DNA from: Patescibacteria group bacterium
GTDB lineage: Bacteria; Patescibacteriota; Minisyncoccia; Phycocordibacterales; Phycocordibacteraceae
Reading direction: 5' to 3'
Length of the DNA: 64,000 nt
Assembly (NCBI GenBank): GCA_038064595.1
Contig: JBBTSV010000001.1
Location: 1,915 to 65,914 of the forward strand
A model generated the notes under the pieces. It saw only the letters and a list, made by a program, of their open reading frames with translations, did no database searches and had not been told where the DNA came from. Positions 19,927-28,481 of this stretch are shown piece after piece (the stretch's first letter is position 1; every line of letters starts with the position of its first letter). Position numbers and translations under genes: made by a program.

Positions 19927-20198
19927 TGGATGTTCGCGATTTTGTGCTCACGGCTATTGCAGAAACGCTTGACCTTCCGCTGGCCGTGGTGCGTGACGAC
20001 AGTAAGCTCGTCGACTTGGCCGAAGACTCGATTAAGCTCTTTGAGCTCCTAATCCGGCTCGAGAACCTTTTTTCATATCGCGTAAGTTATGAGGCGATTG
20101 TGCATATTGAGACAGTGGGCGATGTCATCGCCTACATAGAGACGCTCCCGATCGACCGCGGCGTGCTCCAGGCTACTACCCAGAAGAAAGCCGCATGA
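19926..20198 (+). CDS. acyl carrier protein (second)
   Basis: Small acidic protein, EDSI motif, IETVGDVIAYI. Confidence 0.85.
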   Translation: MDVRDFVLTAIAETLDLPLAVVRDDSKLVDLAEDSIKLFELLIRLENLFSYRVSYEAIVHIETVGDVIAYIETLPIDRGVLQATTQKKAA

Positions 20199-20809
20199 GC
20201 GGGAACCCGCGTTGTGTGGTGCTCACCCTTCCCGCAGAAAAGCAGGCGGCCCAAGATATCGTCCGGCGTGTCTACGCGGCCCAAGGTTATGACTTGAGCG
20301 AGGGGGTGTTTGTCCGCTTCCTGCGCACCCCGAATGCTGTGGTGTGGGGGCTCTTCGAAGAGGATGTCCTCTTTGGCACCATCTCCATTATCCCTGACAG
20401 TGAGGCAGGACTCCCGATGGACTCGCTCTATGCTGAAGAGCTCGCCCCCTTTCGAGCCGAGGGGAAGAAAATAGCAGAAGTCGTCCAGTTTGCGATCGAT
20501 CATACGCTCAAAAAACCATCACCCTTTGAAGCGGTCCCGCTTCTTATCACCGTCCTCTCCTATGCACGCACCCAAAAAATTGACACCATCTGCATCTCAA
20601 TCCACCCAAAGCACAGCCAGTTCTACCACATGCTCGGTTTTGAAAAAATAGGTGACCTCAAGCAGTATCAGGCAGTCGCGGCACCAGCCGTTGCGTATGC
20701 GCTGCCGCTTGTCGCGTGGGAAACTAATCCCTTTTTTGGTAACTTTCTGCGCAACGCGATTCGCCCTGATGGTGGGGTCTCTAGTGGAGAAGAGCGAGCT
20801 GCAATATAA
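20195..20809 (+). CDS. FeeM/NasY-like N-acyl amino acid synthase (GNAT fold)
   Basis: VY...GY, GLPMDSLY, AEV..FA, ISIHPKH..FY..LGF. Confidence 0.8.
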   Translation: MSGNPRCVVLTLPAEKQAAQDIVRRVYAAQGYDLSEGVFVRFLRTPNAVVWGLFEEDVLFGTISIIPDSEAGLPMDSLYAEELAPFRAEGKKIAEVVQFAIDHTLKKPSPFEAVPLLITVLSYARTQKIDTICISIHPKHSQFYHMLGFEKIGDLKQYQAVAAPAVAYALPLVAWETNPFFGNFLRNAIRPDGGVSSGEERAAI

Positions 20810-21104
20810 GCGCGAGAGCGATCATACCCCCAGGGATTATATAATCGAGCACAAAGGAGAGTCTTTTTTTATCCGGACTGAAGCCAGCCCTACGTAAGTA
20901 GTAATAGTAGAAGCCTTCATTCTCCTTGCCAAATTGCCCCTGGGTGATGAGGCAGCCCTTGGCGTAGTAGAGCTGGAGGTGGTAGAGCACGACGGTGAGG
21001 ATAACGATACGCCAGTCGAGGTAGAAGGGGGAGGTGTACCACAGAGCGAGGAGGACGATGTGGAGCACGAGAAAGAAGGAGTAGCGGAAGCGCGACAGGG
21101 ACAT
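20781..21104 (-). CDS. hypothetical membrane protein
   Basis: Three hydrophobic segments, GCLIT motif. Confidence 0.7.
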   Translation of the reverse strand: MSLSRFRYSFFLVLHIVLLALWYTSPFYLDWRIVILTVVLYHLQLYYAKGCLITQGQFGKENEGFYYYYLRRAGFSPDKKRLSFVLDYIIPGGMIALALILQLALLH

Positions 21105-21109
21105 GCGGA

Positions 21110-21847
21110 TTAGTGTAAAACCATCACTCCCTCGTGACCATAGGGATCATCCCAGAAGGTAGACTGCCAGTCGGTGGTCGCGAGGATCTTCTTCAGCTCC
21201 TCAACCTGCGTCATGTCGCATTCGACATAGAGCGTGCCGCGCTTGGTGAGATATTGTTTGCCCTTTTCGATCAGCTCTCGGTGGTGGCCAAAGCCGTCCG
21301 TGGAGCCGAAGAAGGCGATACGTGGCTCGTAGTGCATCTCGGGATCCATGTCAGCTTCACCTTTTGGGTCAACGTAGGGTGGGTTCGCGCAGAGCACGTC
21401 AAAGGTGCCGGTAATTTTCTCAAGGCTATTACCGGCGAGGAGCGTCGTCCGCGACGGATCGATTGAGTTTATCTCAAGAGATTTCTTAATCTGCGGGAGC
21501 AGTGCCGCGTCGATCTCATTAAAGGTGCAGGTCGCCTCGGGCAGGTGTTTCAAAAGCGCGATGCCGATATTGCCGGCGCCAGCGTAGAGATCGGCCGTTG
21601 TGACTGGCCCCGCATCCTTCCACTCATCAATGACCCGCTTCACCCACTGTGCTGTCTCGTCACGAGGAACCATCGGGCGATAGGAGAGGTCAATCGTTGC
21701 GCCTAAGAAATCGGTATGACCGAGCACATACTCCCACGGCTCGTGTGCTTCAAGGCGCGCACAGTCTGCGCGATAGGCGTTACCCTCGACACCCGCATAT
21801 TTCTCGGTAAGTATTTTCTGCTTCGCTTGGGCGAGAGAGAGGTACAC
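21110..21847 (-). CDS. prmC: release factor glutamine methyltransferase HemK/PrmC
   Basis: EPWEYVLG, PRDET, DLYAGAGNIG, ANPPY; GTG start inferred from upstream TATACT. Confidence 0.85.
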   Translation of the reverse strand: MYLSLAQAKQKILTEKYAGVEGNAYRADCARLEAHEPWEYVLGHTDFLGATIDLSYRPMVPRDETAQWVKRVIDEWKDAGPVTTADLYAGAGNIGIALLKHLPEATCTFNEIDAALLPQIKKSLEINSIDPSRTTLLAGNSLEKITGTFDVLCANPPYVDPKGEADMDPEMHYEPRIAFFGSTDGFGHHRELIEKGKQYLTKRGTLYVECDMTQVEELKKILATTDWQSTFWDDPYGHEGVMVLH

Positions 21848-21905
21848 AGTGACGTCAGTATAACGCGGATGAAACCATCGGCAGAGTACGGACGTTTTAG
21901 TGGGT

Positions 21906-22112
21906 ATGTTCGAGAAAGTCACACTCCGCATATTCGCCCTCTGTCTCGTGAGTTGCGCGAGCTTGGTCCTTTTCTCGATGTGGGTATATAAACCAGATTC
22001 AGAGGCATACTTTAAGCTCGCGGCCACCTTCTTTATCGTTGGTCTCGCCTCCTTCCTTGGTTGGCTGGTCTCACTGTTCTATAGCATTCGCGCTATCCTG
22101 CGCGCCTCTTAG
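21906..22112 (+). CDS. small 2-TM hypothetical protein
   Basis: Two hydrophobic helices; fills the intergenic gap. Confidence 0.6.
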   Translation: MFEKVTLRIFALCLVSCASLVLFSMWVYKPDSEAYFKLAATFFIVGLASFLGWLVSLFYSIRAILRAS

Positions 22113-22609
22113 AAACCAAGATAGTCATCTTTTTTGAGGGGGATCCCTTTAGAGCGCAGGATGTCGTAGGCGGTCGTGACGTGAAAGAAGAAGTTGGGGA
22201 GCGCGAGCTGCGTCGCATAAAAGTCCTTCTTGAACTTTTTTGTGGGGTGAAGGAATGTTTTTACCGTCCCTGTTGTTGAGGCACATGAACGGGGGGTGAT
22301 AGTTTTGAGAAAAGCGATCGCTTTTTTTAGACTATGATCGAGCTCAGTCAACGTTTTCTCGTCATATTTGAAATCCTGCGGCATTGGTCGCCCCGAGAGA
22401 TTCACCGCCGTCTCGAGCGCCATGAAGTAGGCATACTGCACCTGCTGGGTGAGCGTATACATATCGGGCGCGAGTCGCGCAGTGAGGAGTGTGCTCATTT
22501 TTATCTTCTTTCGCGGCGCATACCGCGCCGCCTTCCGCACTATCTTGCGCAGACTCTCAAGTGAGCGAATAAAGACCGGTATCGATACTTCGTAGAGGGG
22601 GTATTTCAT
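22109..22609 (-). CDS. DUF1993 (DinB-like) protein
   Basis: RLAPDM...QV, LPNFFFHVTTAYDILR..G. Confidence 0.88.
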   Translation of the reverse strand: MKYPLYEVSIPVFIRSLESLRKIVRKAARYAPRKKIKMSTLLTARLAPDMYTLTQQVQYAYFMALETAVNLSGRPMPQDFKYDEKTLTELDHSLKKAIAFLKTITPRSCASTTGTVKTFLHPTKKFKKDFYATQLALPNFFFHVTTAYDILRSKGIPLKKDDYLGF

Positions 22610-22684
22610 ACCCTAAGCCTATCACAGAGCTGCGGTTGTGGTACACTTTTTGGGACTCCTTTATTCACTTCCATAAACCCCAGT

Positions 22685-22972
22685 ATGAATGAATTTCATC
22701 CGTCAGATCTGGCCAGAGGTGAGCCGTTTCGCGAGTCAATCCGCTATAAAGAACCGTTTGACGTCGAAAGACTCGACAAAGCACACGCAATCCTTAGCGA
22801 GGTACTAGAAACACATGGGCACGAAAGTGTAACCCCCGAAAACTTCCACGAAGTGGTAGAACACATGCGTAAAGACTCTCGTTGGCATGGACTCCACTCG
22901 GCGGGACCGGCCTTCGAGAACGCGCTCCGCACACACCTCAAGATCGAAGATCCAGGCGAGACTAAGCATTAA
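22685..22972 (+). CDS. hypothetical protein
   Basis: 95 aa ORF with charged composition. Confidence 0.65.
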   Translation: MNEFHPSDLARGEPFRESIRYKEPFDVERLDKAHAILSEVLETHGHESVTPENFHEVVEHMRKDSRWHGLHSAGPAFENALRTHLKIEDPGETKH

Positions 22973-23064
22973 GAACCTCTTTTTACGACCGTCACAACGG
23001 TAACCAGTGGAGGTGCAAAAATTGAAAGATTTGATACAGTCTAAAGGCTACACACCGTAGATAG

Positions 23065-23135
23065 TGCGGGTTCGTCTAATGGTAGGACACATCCCTCTGG
23101 AGGATGGTATTGGGGTTCGAGTCCCTGACCCGCAG
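23065..23135 (+). tRNA. tRNA-Gln(CTG)
   Basis: TGCGGGT/ACCCGCA acceptor, CATCC-CTCTGGA-GGATG anticodon arm, TTCGAGT. Confidence 0.95.
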
Positions 23136-23245
23136 CAAAAGTGCGAAGCAGCTTTTGCTGCGGGGAGCGAGGTCTGGGAAACCTCGCGTCAGGGACTCGA
23201 AAGCCGGAGCGCGACGGCGCGAGGCGGGGTCGCGCAAATTTCTAG
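23136..23245 (+). repeat. tRNA-3'-linked structured element, copy 1
   Basis: 23197-23245 matches 51121-51169 at 45 of 49 nt; contains an antisense copy of the tRNA-Gln 3' end. Confidence 0.85.
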
Positions 23246-23257
23246 AGGGGAAATCGG

Positions 23258-23282
23258 GGAAATCGTGACAGTCACGATTTCC
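23258..23282. repeat. 25-bp palindrome (REP-like)
   Basis: GGAAATCGTGAC-A-GTCACGATTTCC. Confidence 0.7.
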
Positions 23283-23396
23283 ACTCCGTTGTTGAATAAA
23301 TAGTTCGCGGACACGGACACTTTGCTTTCTGCAGGTTTTTCAGTATAGTGTCGCGATGGACTGCAATGTCTGCGGTCCAATAACAGGAGCGAGAAA

Positions 23397-23678
23397 ATGA
23401 TCGAGATGACCAGGGCTGGGGGCGGGGGTCGAGGGCGCGTGCGGTGGCAGTTGACCGCCATCGCTGAAGACAGCACCGCCGCCATCGAGTTCCCGGGCCC
23501 CGAAGAGATTCGGGAACTCTTCCACAAGCATGCGGACGCCCGTCACCGGGAAGGTCCGTTCAGCGTGGTGAGTCGCTCACCGTGCGTTGTGGAACTCCCC
23601 GCTGGGGTGTGCCACCGTTGCCGCCAGAACTTCTTGGCGGCTGTCGCGGTGGTAATGGGTGTTCCCACCGCCCTCTAG
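23397..23678 (+). CDS. orphan hypothetical protein (cassette A)
   Basis: TTGCTT-16-TATAGT promoter, 5' hairpin, AGGAG SD, downstream terminator; contains a CxxC. Confidence 0.7.
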   Translation: MIEMTRAGGGGRGRVRWQLTAIAEDSTAAIEFPGPEEIRELFHKHADARHREGPFSVVSRSPCVVELPAGVCHRCRQNFLAAVAVVMGVPTAL

Positions 23679-23685
23679 GGCGAAT

Positions 23686-23717
23686 CGGGTCGAGGCATGC
23701 CTCGACCCGCGTCTTTT
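23686..23717 (+). terminator. intrinsic terminator
   Basis: CGGGTCGAGGC-AT-GCCTCGACCCG followed by CGTCTTTT. Confidence 0.8.
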
Positions 23718-23805
23718 ATAGACACACCAGTTTCATTGTCTTTCATACGGAAATCAGTATGATGCGGCCATGGTCGCAATCCCTGCGACCTATGAGGAGA
23801 TGCCC

Positions 23806-24096
23806 ATGAACCCATGCCGGCTTGAGCTGGTACGGAGGGGAGCAGATGCCCCACGCCTTTCTCGGTGGTGGCTCGGGAGGAAGGATTGTCTTCCCGTCAC
23901 TCTGCCGAGCGATGGAGATCTGACGCAGATGTACGGCGCGACCATCGGCCGTGAGAGCGAGCGATTCATGGTCGTCGATCGTCAGATCAATCACGTCGCG
24001 TTCTTGATGCCGACGAGGAGCTCTGACGAAGAGCGCGCTCGCTTTGTCGCGGCCATCGAGGCAGCGATCGGGCTCTCCGTTTCTGCTCCTGTGTGA
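23806..24096 (+). CDS. orphan hypothetical protein (cassette B)
   Basis: TTGTCT-16-TATGAT promoter, hairpin GGTCGCA/TGCGACC, GAGGAG SD. Confidence 0.7.
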   Translation: MNPCRLELVRRGADAPRLSRWWLGRKDCLPVTLPSDGDLTQMYGATIGRESERFMVVDRQINHVAFLMPTRSSDEERARFVAAIEAAIGLSVSAPV

Positions 24097-24100
24097 CCGA

Positions 24101-24135
24101 GCGGGTCGAGGCTTGCCTCGGCCCGCGTTGTTTTT
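24101..24135 (+). terminator. intrinsic terminator, near-identical to 23686-23717
   Basis: GCGGGTCGAGGC-TT-GCCTCGGCCCGC followed by GTTGTTTTT. Confidence 0.8.
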
Positions 24136-24221
24136 ATACGAATTCTTGCTTTTTTGATAAAAAAAGTGATGATGTACTGGGCCGTACACCGTACGCTCAT
24201 AACTCAACCCCTGGAGAAGAC

Positions 24222-24968
24222 ATGCACAACCCACCGAACATGGGCGACGTCTACGACGTGTTCGCCAAAGCGTTCCGCGAGGCCGATCAGTTGCCGACGT
24301 GGCAGTTTGTCGGCAAGCCGGCCATGGAGGCGCTCCTGCGCGACTCGGCGCCTGATATGCAATTTCTCGATCTTGGCTCCGCGAGCGCGCGGGTCGAGGT
24401 CGGGGTCCTCATCCCGCACGACGTTGCCCCAGGCAATATCACCGGCGTCGAGATCAGCCCCGAGCAGGTCGAGATGGCACGCATGCGGGTGCCGGGCGCG
24501 CGCTTTGAGGTCGGCGACATCGCCGATCCCAATCTCCTTGCAGGTGAAGAAGAGCAGTACGACGTGGTGCTTTCGCACATGGTGTTCGAGCACCTCGACG
24601 ACGCACAGCTTGCGTGGGCGTGCGCGAATGCATACCGCCTGCTGAAAGCGGGCGGGACTTTCGCCTTCGTCGTCACCCACCCTGACAAGATGACCGATCT
24701 TGAGGGAAATCTTGTCACCACCTATGGATCGTTCATCACGACAGCTCCATGGGGTGGCGAGCTCCACAACTGGCGTCGCAGTATTGCGACGACAAGGGAG
24801 ATCGTGGAGGACGTCGGGTTTGCGGTAAGCGGCGTGAGCGAAATTGCGTTCCCGACCGAGCCTCCCGCAGGGCTCGACCCTGAGCAAGAGGCCACGTTTC
24901 GCGCGGCTGCAGAGAAGTATCGCCGGTATCCGGCGATCCGGCTCGCGCTCCACGCGACCAAGGCCTAG
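24222..24968 (+). CDS. class I SAM-dependent methyltransferase (cassette C)
   Basis: FLDLGS, GVEISPEQV, YDVVLS, LLKAGG; GGAG SD. Confidence 0.85.
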   Translation: MHNPPNMGDVYDVFAKAFREADQLPTWQFVGKPAMEALLRDSAPDMQFLDLGSASARVEVGVLIPHDVAPGNITGVEISPEQVEMARMRVPGARFEVGDIADPNLLAGEEEQYDVVLSHMVFEHLDDAQLAWACANAYRLLKAGGTFAFVVTHPDKMTDLEGNLVTTYGSFITTAPWGGELHNWRRSIATTREIVEDVGFAVSGVSEIAFPTEPPAGLDPEQEATFRAAAEKYRRYPAIRLALHATKA

Positions 24969-24992
24969 TGCGCGTGCGCACATGGTCGACCG

Positions 24993-25020
24993 ACAGCGCC
25001 CCCGCGGCGCTGTTGTTTTT
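24993..25020 (+). terminator. intrinsic terminator
   Basis: ACAGCGCC...GGCGCTGT followed by TGTTTTT. Confidence 0.7.
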
Positions 25021-25034
25021 GGTACACTACGGGT

Positions 25035-25787
25035 ATGAAATCTCCATGGATCGGTACGGTGGTGGTGTGTGCCGGCATTCTCCTCGCCGCGGGTATCTTT
25101 TTCTATCCTGAAGGCACTCAAGCGCCGTCACATGACGCCGGCCGTGTCGAGGTCGGTCTTGGTGAGAGCGCGACGGCGCTTGGGGTGACGCTTACCCCAC
25201 GTGAGGTGCGTGAAGACAGTCGTTGTCCGAGCGATGTACAGTGTATCCAAGCAGGTCGCGTGCTCCTGCGTGTGTCGCTCATGCAGGGGAACGAGACATC
25301 GGACCATGATTTTCTTGTCGGAGAACCATTTCACCTAGGGACAGAGTTAATAACTCTTCTTGAGGTCCAGCCGGCGAAGGTCGCGGCGGTGACCATACCG
25401 AACGAGGACTACCGTTTTATATTCAAGGTAGAGAAGCTCGATATCGTTTATACCAACGCATCTGCTGACAACATTCGTGTTGCGCTCCCTTCTCCCGGCG
25501 CGGTAACCGGCAGGACATTTGTGGTGGTGGGGGAGGCGCGGGGGACCTGGTATTTCGAGGCATCATTCCCGATAAAGGTGATCGGTGCAAACGGAGAGAC
25601 GCTTACGACTGCTATCGCCCAAGCAGGGAGCGAGTGGATGACGAGAGACTTTGTCCCTTTTACTGCTCCAGTTACGATACCGGAGAGCTACAGCGGCCCG
25701 GCGACGCTGGTACTCATGAAGGATAATCCCTCGGGCGAGCCGATACACGATGCCTCGTTCTCATTCCCCATCACGATTGAATACTAA
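25035..25787 (+). CDS. membrane-anchored protein with C-terminal Gmad2 Ig-like domain
   Basis: N-terminal TM, EDSRCP.DVQCIQAG, GEARGTWYFEASFP, KDNPSG. Confidence 0.75.
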   Translation: MKSPWIGTVVVCAGILLAAGIFFYPEGTQAPSHDAGRVEVGLGESATALGVTLTPREVREDSRCPSDVQCIQAGRVLLRVSLMQGNETSDHDFLVGEPFHLGTELITLLEVQPAKVAAVTIPNEDYRFIFKVEKLDIVYTNASADNIRVALPSPGAVTGRTFVVVGEARGTWYFEASFPIKVIGANGETLTTAIAQAGSEWMTRDFVPFTAPVTIPESYSGPATLVLMKDNPSGEPIHDASFSFPITIEY

Positions 25788-25838
25788 GAAGTGGATTAAT
25801 ACACGCGTACGGGGCACGGGGTGGTACGCTGCTGATAT

Positions 25839-26420
25839 ATGAACACACGCACCATTCTTCTTACTGCCGGTGGGGCAGTCGTGCTCGCCACGCTATGGTA
25901 TGTCGTAGGAGGAGCGCCAAGTATCGAGCCGGCTCCCGTACCGTCAGACGAAGTACGTCTCCCCGTCACACCGACCACTCCCGCCCCTGCGCCATCTGCG
26001 CCAGCACCAGCGCCGGCGAAAAAACCGACCCAAGCCCCGTCTCCCATAAAGGTCGCGGGCTACAACACGCTCACGTATCTTATCGGTCTGAAGGAGTCGC
26101 TGACCTGTACGGTGAAGGAGTCGAATAGTCGCACCGGTACCGTGTACGTTTCTGGCGGACAGCTGCGTGGCAACTTTGTGAACGTCTACTCCGGCATCAA
26201 GTCGTCGATGATTAATGACGGGACCAACCTCTACGCTTGGATCCAAGGCGCCTCAACTGGCCTGGTCGTTCCCGCAGCGCTCAGCGTCTCGGGGAGTGCG
26301 GTCGCGACTCATGGCGGCATTGACCTTGCCGTTTCAATTTCTTTCTCCTGCACCAGCGGTGTCCAGGGTGCCGGAGTCTTTGCCCCACCCACCTCGGTTA
26401 CCTTCTCCAAGAATCCTTAA
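25839..26420 (+). CDS. hypothetical exported protein with Pro/Ala-rich linker
   Basis: N-terminal TM, PAPAPS linker, F.PP..V.F C-terminus. Confidence 0.75.
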   Translation: MNTRTILLTAGGAVVLATLWYVVGGAPSIEPAPVPSDEVRLPVTPTTPAPAPSAPAPAPAKKPTQAPSPIKVAGYNTLTYLIGLKESLTCTVKESNSRTGTVYVSGGQLRGNFVNVYSGIKSSMINDGTNLYAWIQGASTGLVVPAALSVSGSAVATHGGIDLAVSISFSCTSGVQGAGVFAPPTSVTFSKNP

Positions 26421-26501
26421 TGCACGCTCGACACCTTTGTTCAAGATAGAGTAGGCATGGTGCAAGAGCCGCCCGACTGTTTTAATGGTATGGTATGGGA
26501 T

Positions 26502-27395
26502 ATGAAAAGAGGAATACTTGTGGGCGCCCTCGTGCTTCTGGTGGGTGGTGGTTTTCTGTATTGGTCGCAGAAGGTACCGATTGTCGCGCAAAGCGATTTT
26601 AAAAATGCCACCTATCAGATCGAGGGGCAGCCAGTCACCTTGGTCAACGGCCGATCTCCAGCCGCTGGAGTCATACCTGCGCCCGGGAGTATGGGGACCG
26701 CCTACTTTGGCAATGAGGCAGTTGGCGATCTAAATGGCGACGGTATCGCCGATACCGCGTTTCTTCTCACTCAGAGCTCGAGTGGAACCGGCACGTTCTA
26801 TTATGTGGCGGCCGGTATTAAGACGGCCGAAGGCTACACGGGTACCGACGCGGTACTTCTTGGCGACCGAATTGCACCCCAGACTACCGAGATTAGAAAT
26901 GGAAAGCTTATCGTCAACTATGCCGACCGTAATCCGGGTGAGCCGATGACCACCGCTCCGTCGCTCGGGAAAACACTCACGCTCAAACTCGACCCGACAG
27001 CGCTCCAGTTTGGCATCGTCGCACCAGACTTTGAGGGTGAGGCTGACCCATCACGGATGACACTCACGATGCAGACCTGGAAGTGGGTCGGCACGCGCAT
27101 GAGTGATGGCACGAGCGTAACCCCTAAAAAATCAGACGCATTCACCATCACGTTTATTAAGGATGGCTCTACCTTCTCGGCCACCACCGACTGCAACAGA
27201 ATAGGAGGGAACTACCGCGTTGTAGGGAACCAGATCACGATCAGCAGCATGATGTCGACCATGATGTACTGCAACGACTCGCAGGAATCAGAGTTCGCCA
27301 CGCCGCTCGGTGAGGTGCAGAGTTATCAGTTCACCTCTAAGGGTGAGCTCGTCTTTACCCTCAAGCTCGATAGCGGGACGATGACCTTTCGGTAG
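26502..27395 (+). CDS. META-domain protein
   Basis: N-terminal TM, GDLNGDG, TDCN...G.Y, STMMYC. Confidence 0.8.
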   Translation: MKRGILVGALVLLVGGGFLYWSQKVPIVAQSDFKNATYQIEGQPVTLVNGRSPAAGVIPAPGSMGTAYFGNEAVGDLNGDGIADTAFLLTQSSSGTGTFYYVAAGIKTAEGYTGTDAVLLGDRIAPQTTEIRNGKLIVNYADRNPGEPMTTAPSLGKTLTLKLDPTALQFGIVAPDFEGEADPSRMTLTMQTWKWVGTRMSDGTSVTPKKSDAFTITFIKDGSTFSATTDCNRIGGNYRVVGNQITISSMMSTMMYCNDSQESEFATPLGEVQSYQFTSKGELVFTLKLDSGTMTFR

Positions 27396-27412
27396 TGCTA
27401 CACTATAGGTCT

Positions 27413-28477
27413 ATGACTCACAGCAAGGTCCGACCCTACTTTCTCGTGCTGGCATTGGCGGGTACCTGTGTGCTCACCGCGCTTGTATTTGCACCCTTTC
27501 TAAAGCCGCTCGCACTCGCCGCGGTCTTTGCGGTCGTCCTGCAGGGGCTCTATCGTAGGGTCGGAACGGTGTTTCGTGGGTGGCCGAGCATCTCTGCTCT
27601 CGTCACCGTTCTCGTGAGCGTAGTGCTCATCGTACTCCCTCTATCCCTCATCGGGACGCTCGTCGCACATGAAGCGAACATGCTCTACCTCTCTCTTGAG
27701 AGCACCGGGGGTGGGCGTACAGCACTCGCCCAGATGGTTCTCAATATCGATGCGAGCTACGGGAGTGTTGTACCGGGATTGAGCGCATTTGCCGAGAATG
27801 CTTCAGCGAATATCGATGCGTACATAAAAGAAGGGTTGCGGTGGGTCACCGACAATGCCGGCGGCATATTCTCTAGTTTCTCGCGAATCCTCCTCTCATT
27901 CTTTATTTTCTTTATCGCCCTCTACTACCTCCTGCGAGACGGGAAGCGCGTTCGCCAGTTTCTTATCCACCTCTCGCCGCTCGGCGACATTGAAGATACC
28001 CACGTACTCGATCGACTCGAGCTTGCGGTCAACTCGGTGATTAAGGGGAATCTCGTCATCGCGCTCGTGCAAGGCACCCTCACCACCATTGGCCTCACCC
28101 TCTTTGGGGTGCCGAGCGCGATTCTCTGGGGTATGGTTGCCGCTATCGCGGCGCTCATTCCGGGCGTTGGTACCAGTCTCGTCCTCGCCCCGTCGATTCT
28201 TTTTCTCTTTTTTGTCGGAGAGACCAGCCAGGCAGTGGGACTACTCATCTGGAGTGTCATTGCCGTTGGTCTTATCGATAACGTCCTCGGCCCCAAGCTG
28301 GTGGGCCAAGGGATGAATATGCACCCGCTCCTTGTCCTCTTGTCAGTGCTTGGCGGACTCCTCTTTTTTGGTCCATCGGGGATCTTTCTTGGCCCGCTCT
28401 CGGTGAGTCTCCTCTTCGCACTTCTCTCGCTCTACACAGATTTTTCTCATCCTCCGCAGTCGGGACATCTCTCGTAG
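27413..28477 (+). CDS. AI-2E family transporter
   Basis: YYLLRDG, IPGVG, DNVLGP, HPLLVLLSVLGG...FGPSGIFLGP. Confidence 0.9.
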   Translation: MTHSKVRPYFLVLALAGTCVLTALVFAPFLKPLALAAVFAVVLQGLYRRVGTVFRGWPSISALVTVLVSVVLIVLPLSLIGTLVAHEANMLYLSLESTGGGRTALAQMVLNIDASYGSVVPGLSAFAENASANIDAYIKEGLRWVTDNAGGIFSSFSRILLSFFIFFIALYYLLRDGKRVRQFLIHLSPLGDIEDTHVLDRLELAVNSVIKGNLVIALVQGTLTTIGLTLFGVPSAILWGMVAAIAALIPGVGTSLVLAPSILFLFFVGETSQAVGLLIWSVIAVGLIDNVLGPKLVGQGMNMHPLLVLLSVLGGLLFFGPSGIFLGPLSVSLLFALLSLYTDFSHPPQSGHLS

Positions 28478-28481
28478 TGTC

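Noticed and set aside
23064-23303. ORFs across tRNA-Gln and tRNA-Ser (also 51003-51344) sharing the peptide ATARGGVAQIS
   Set aside because: They overlap tRNA genes; the shared peptide just reflects the non-coding repeat, whose changes are base-pair compensatory.
25958-26045. Pro/Ala-coding low-complexity repeats
   Set aside because: Ordinary protein linker.
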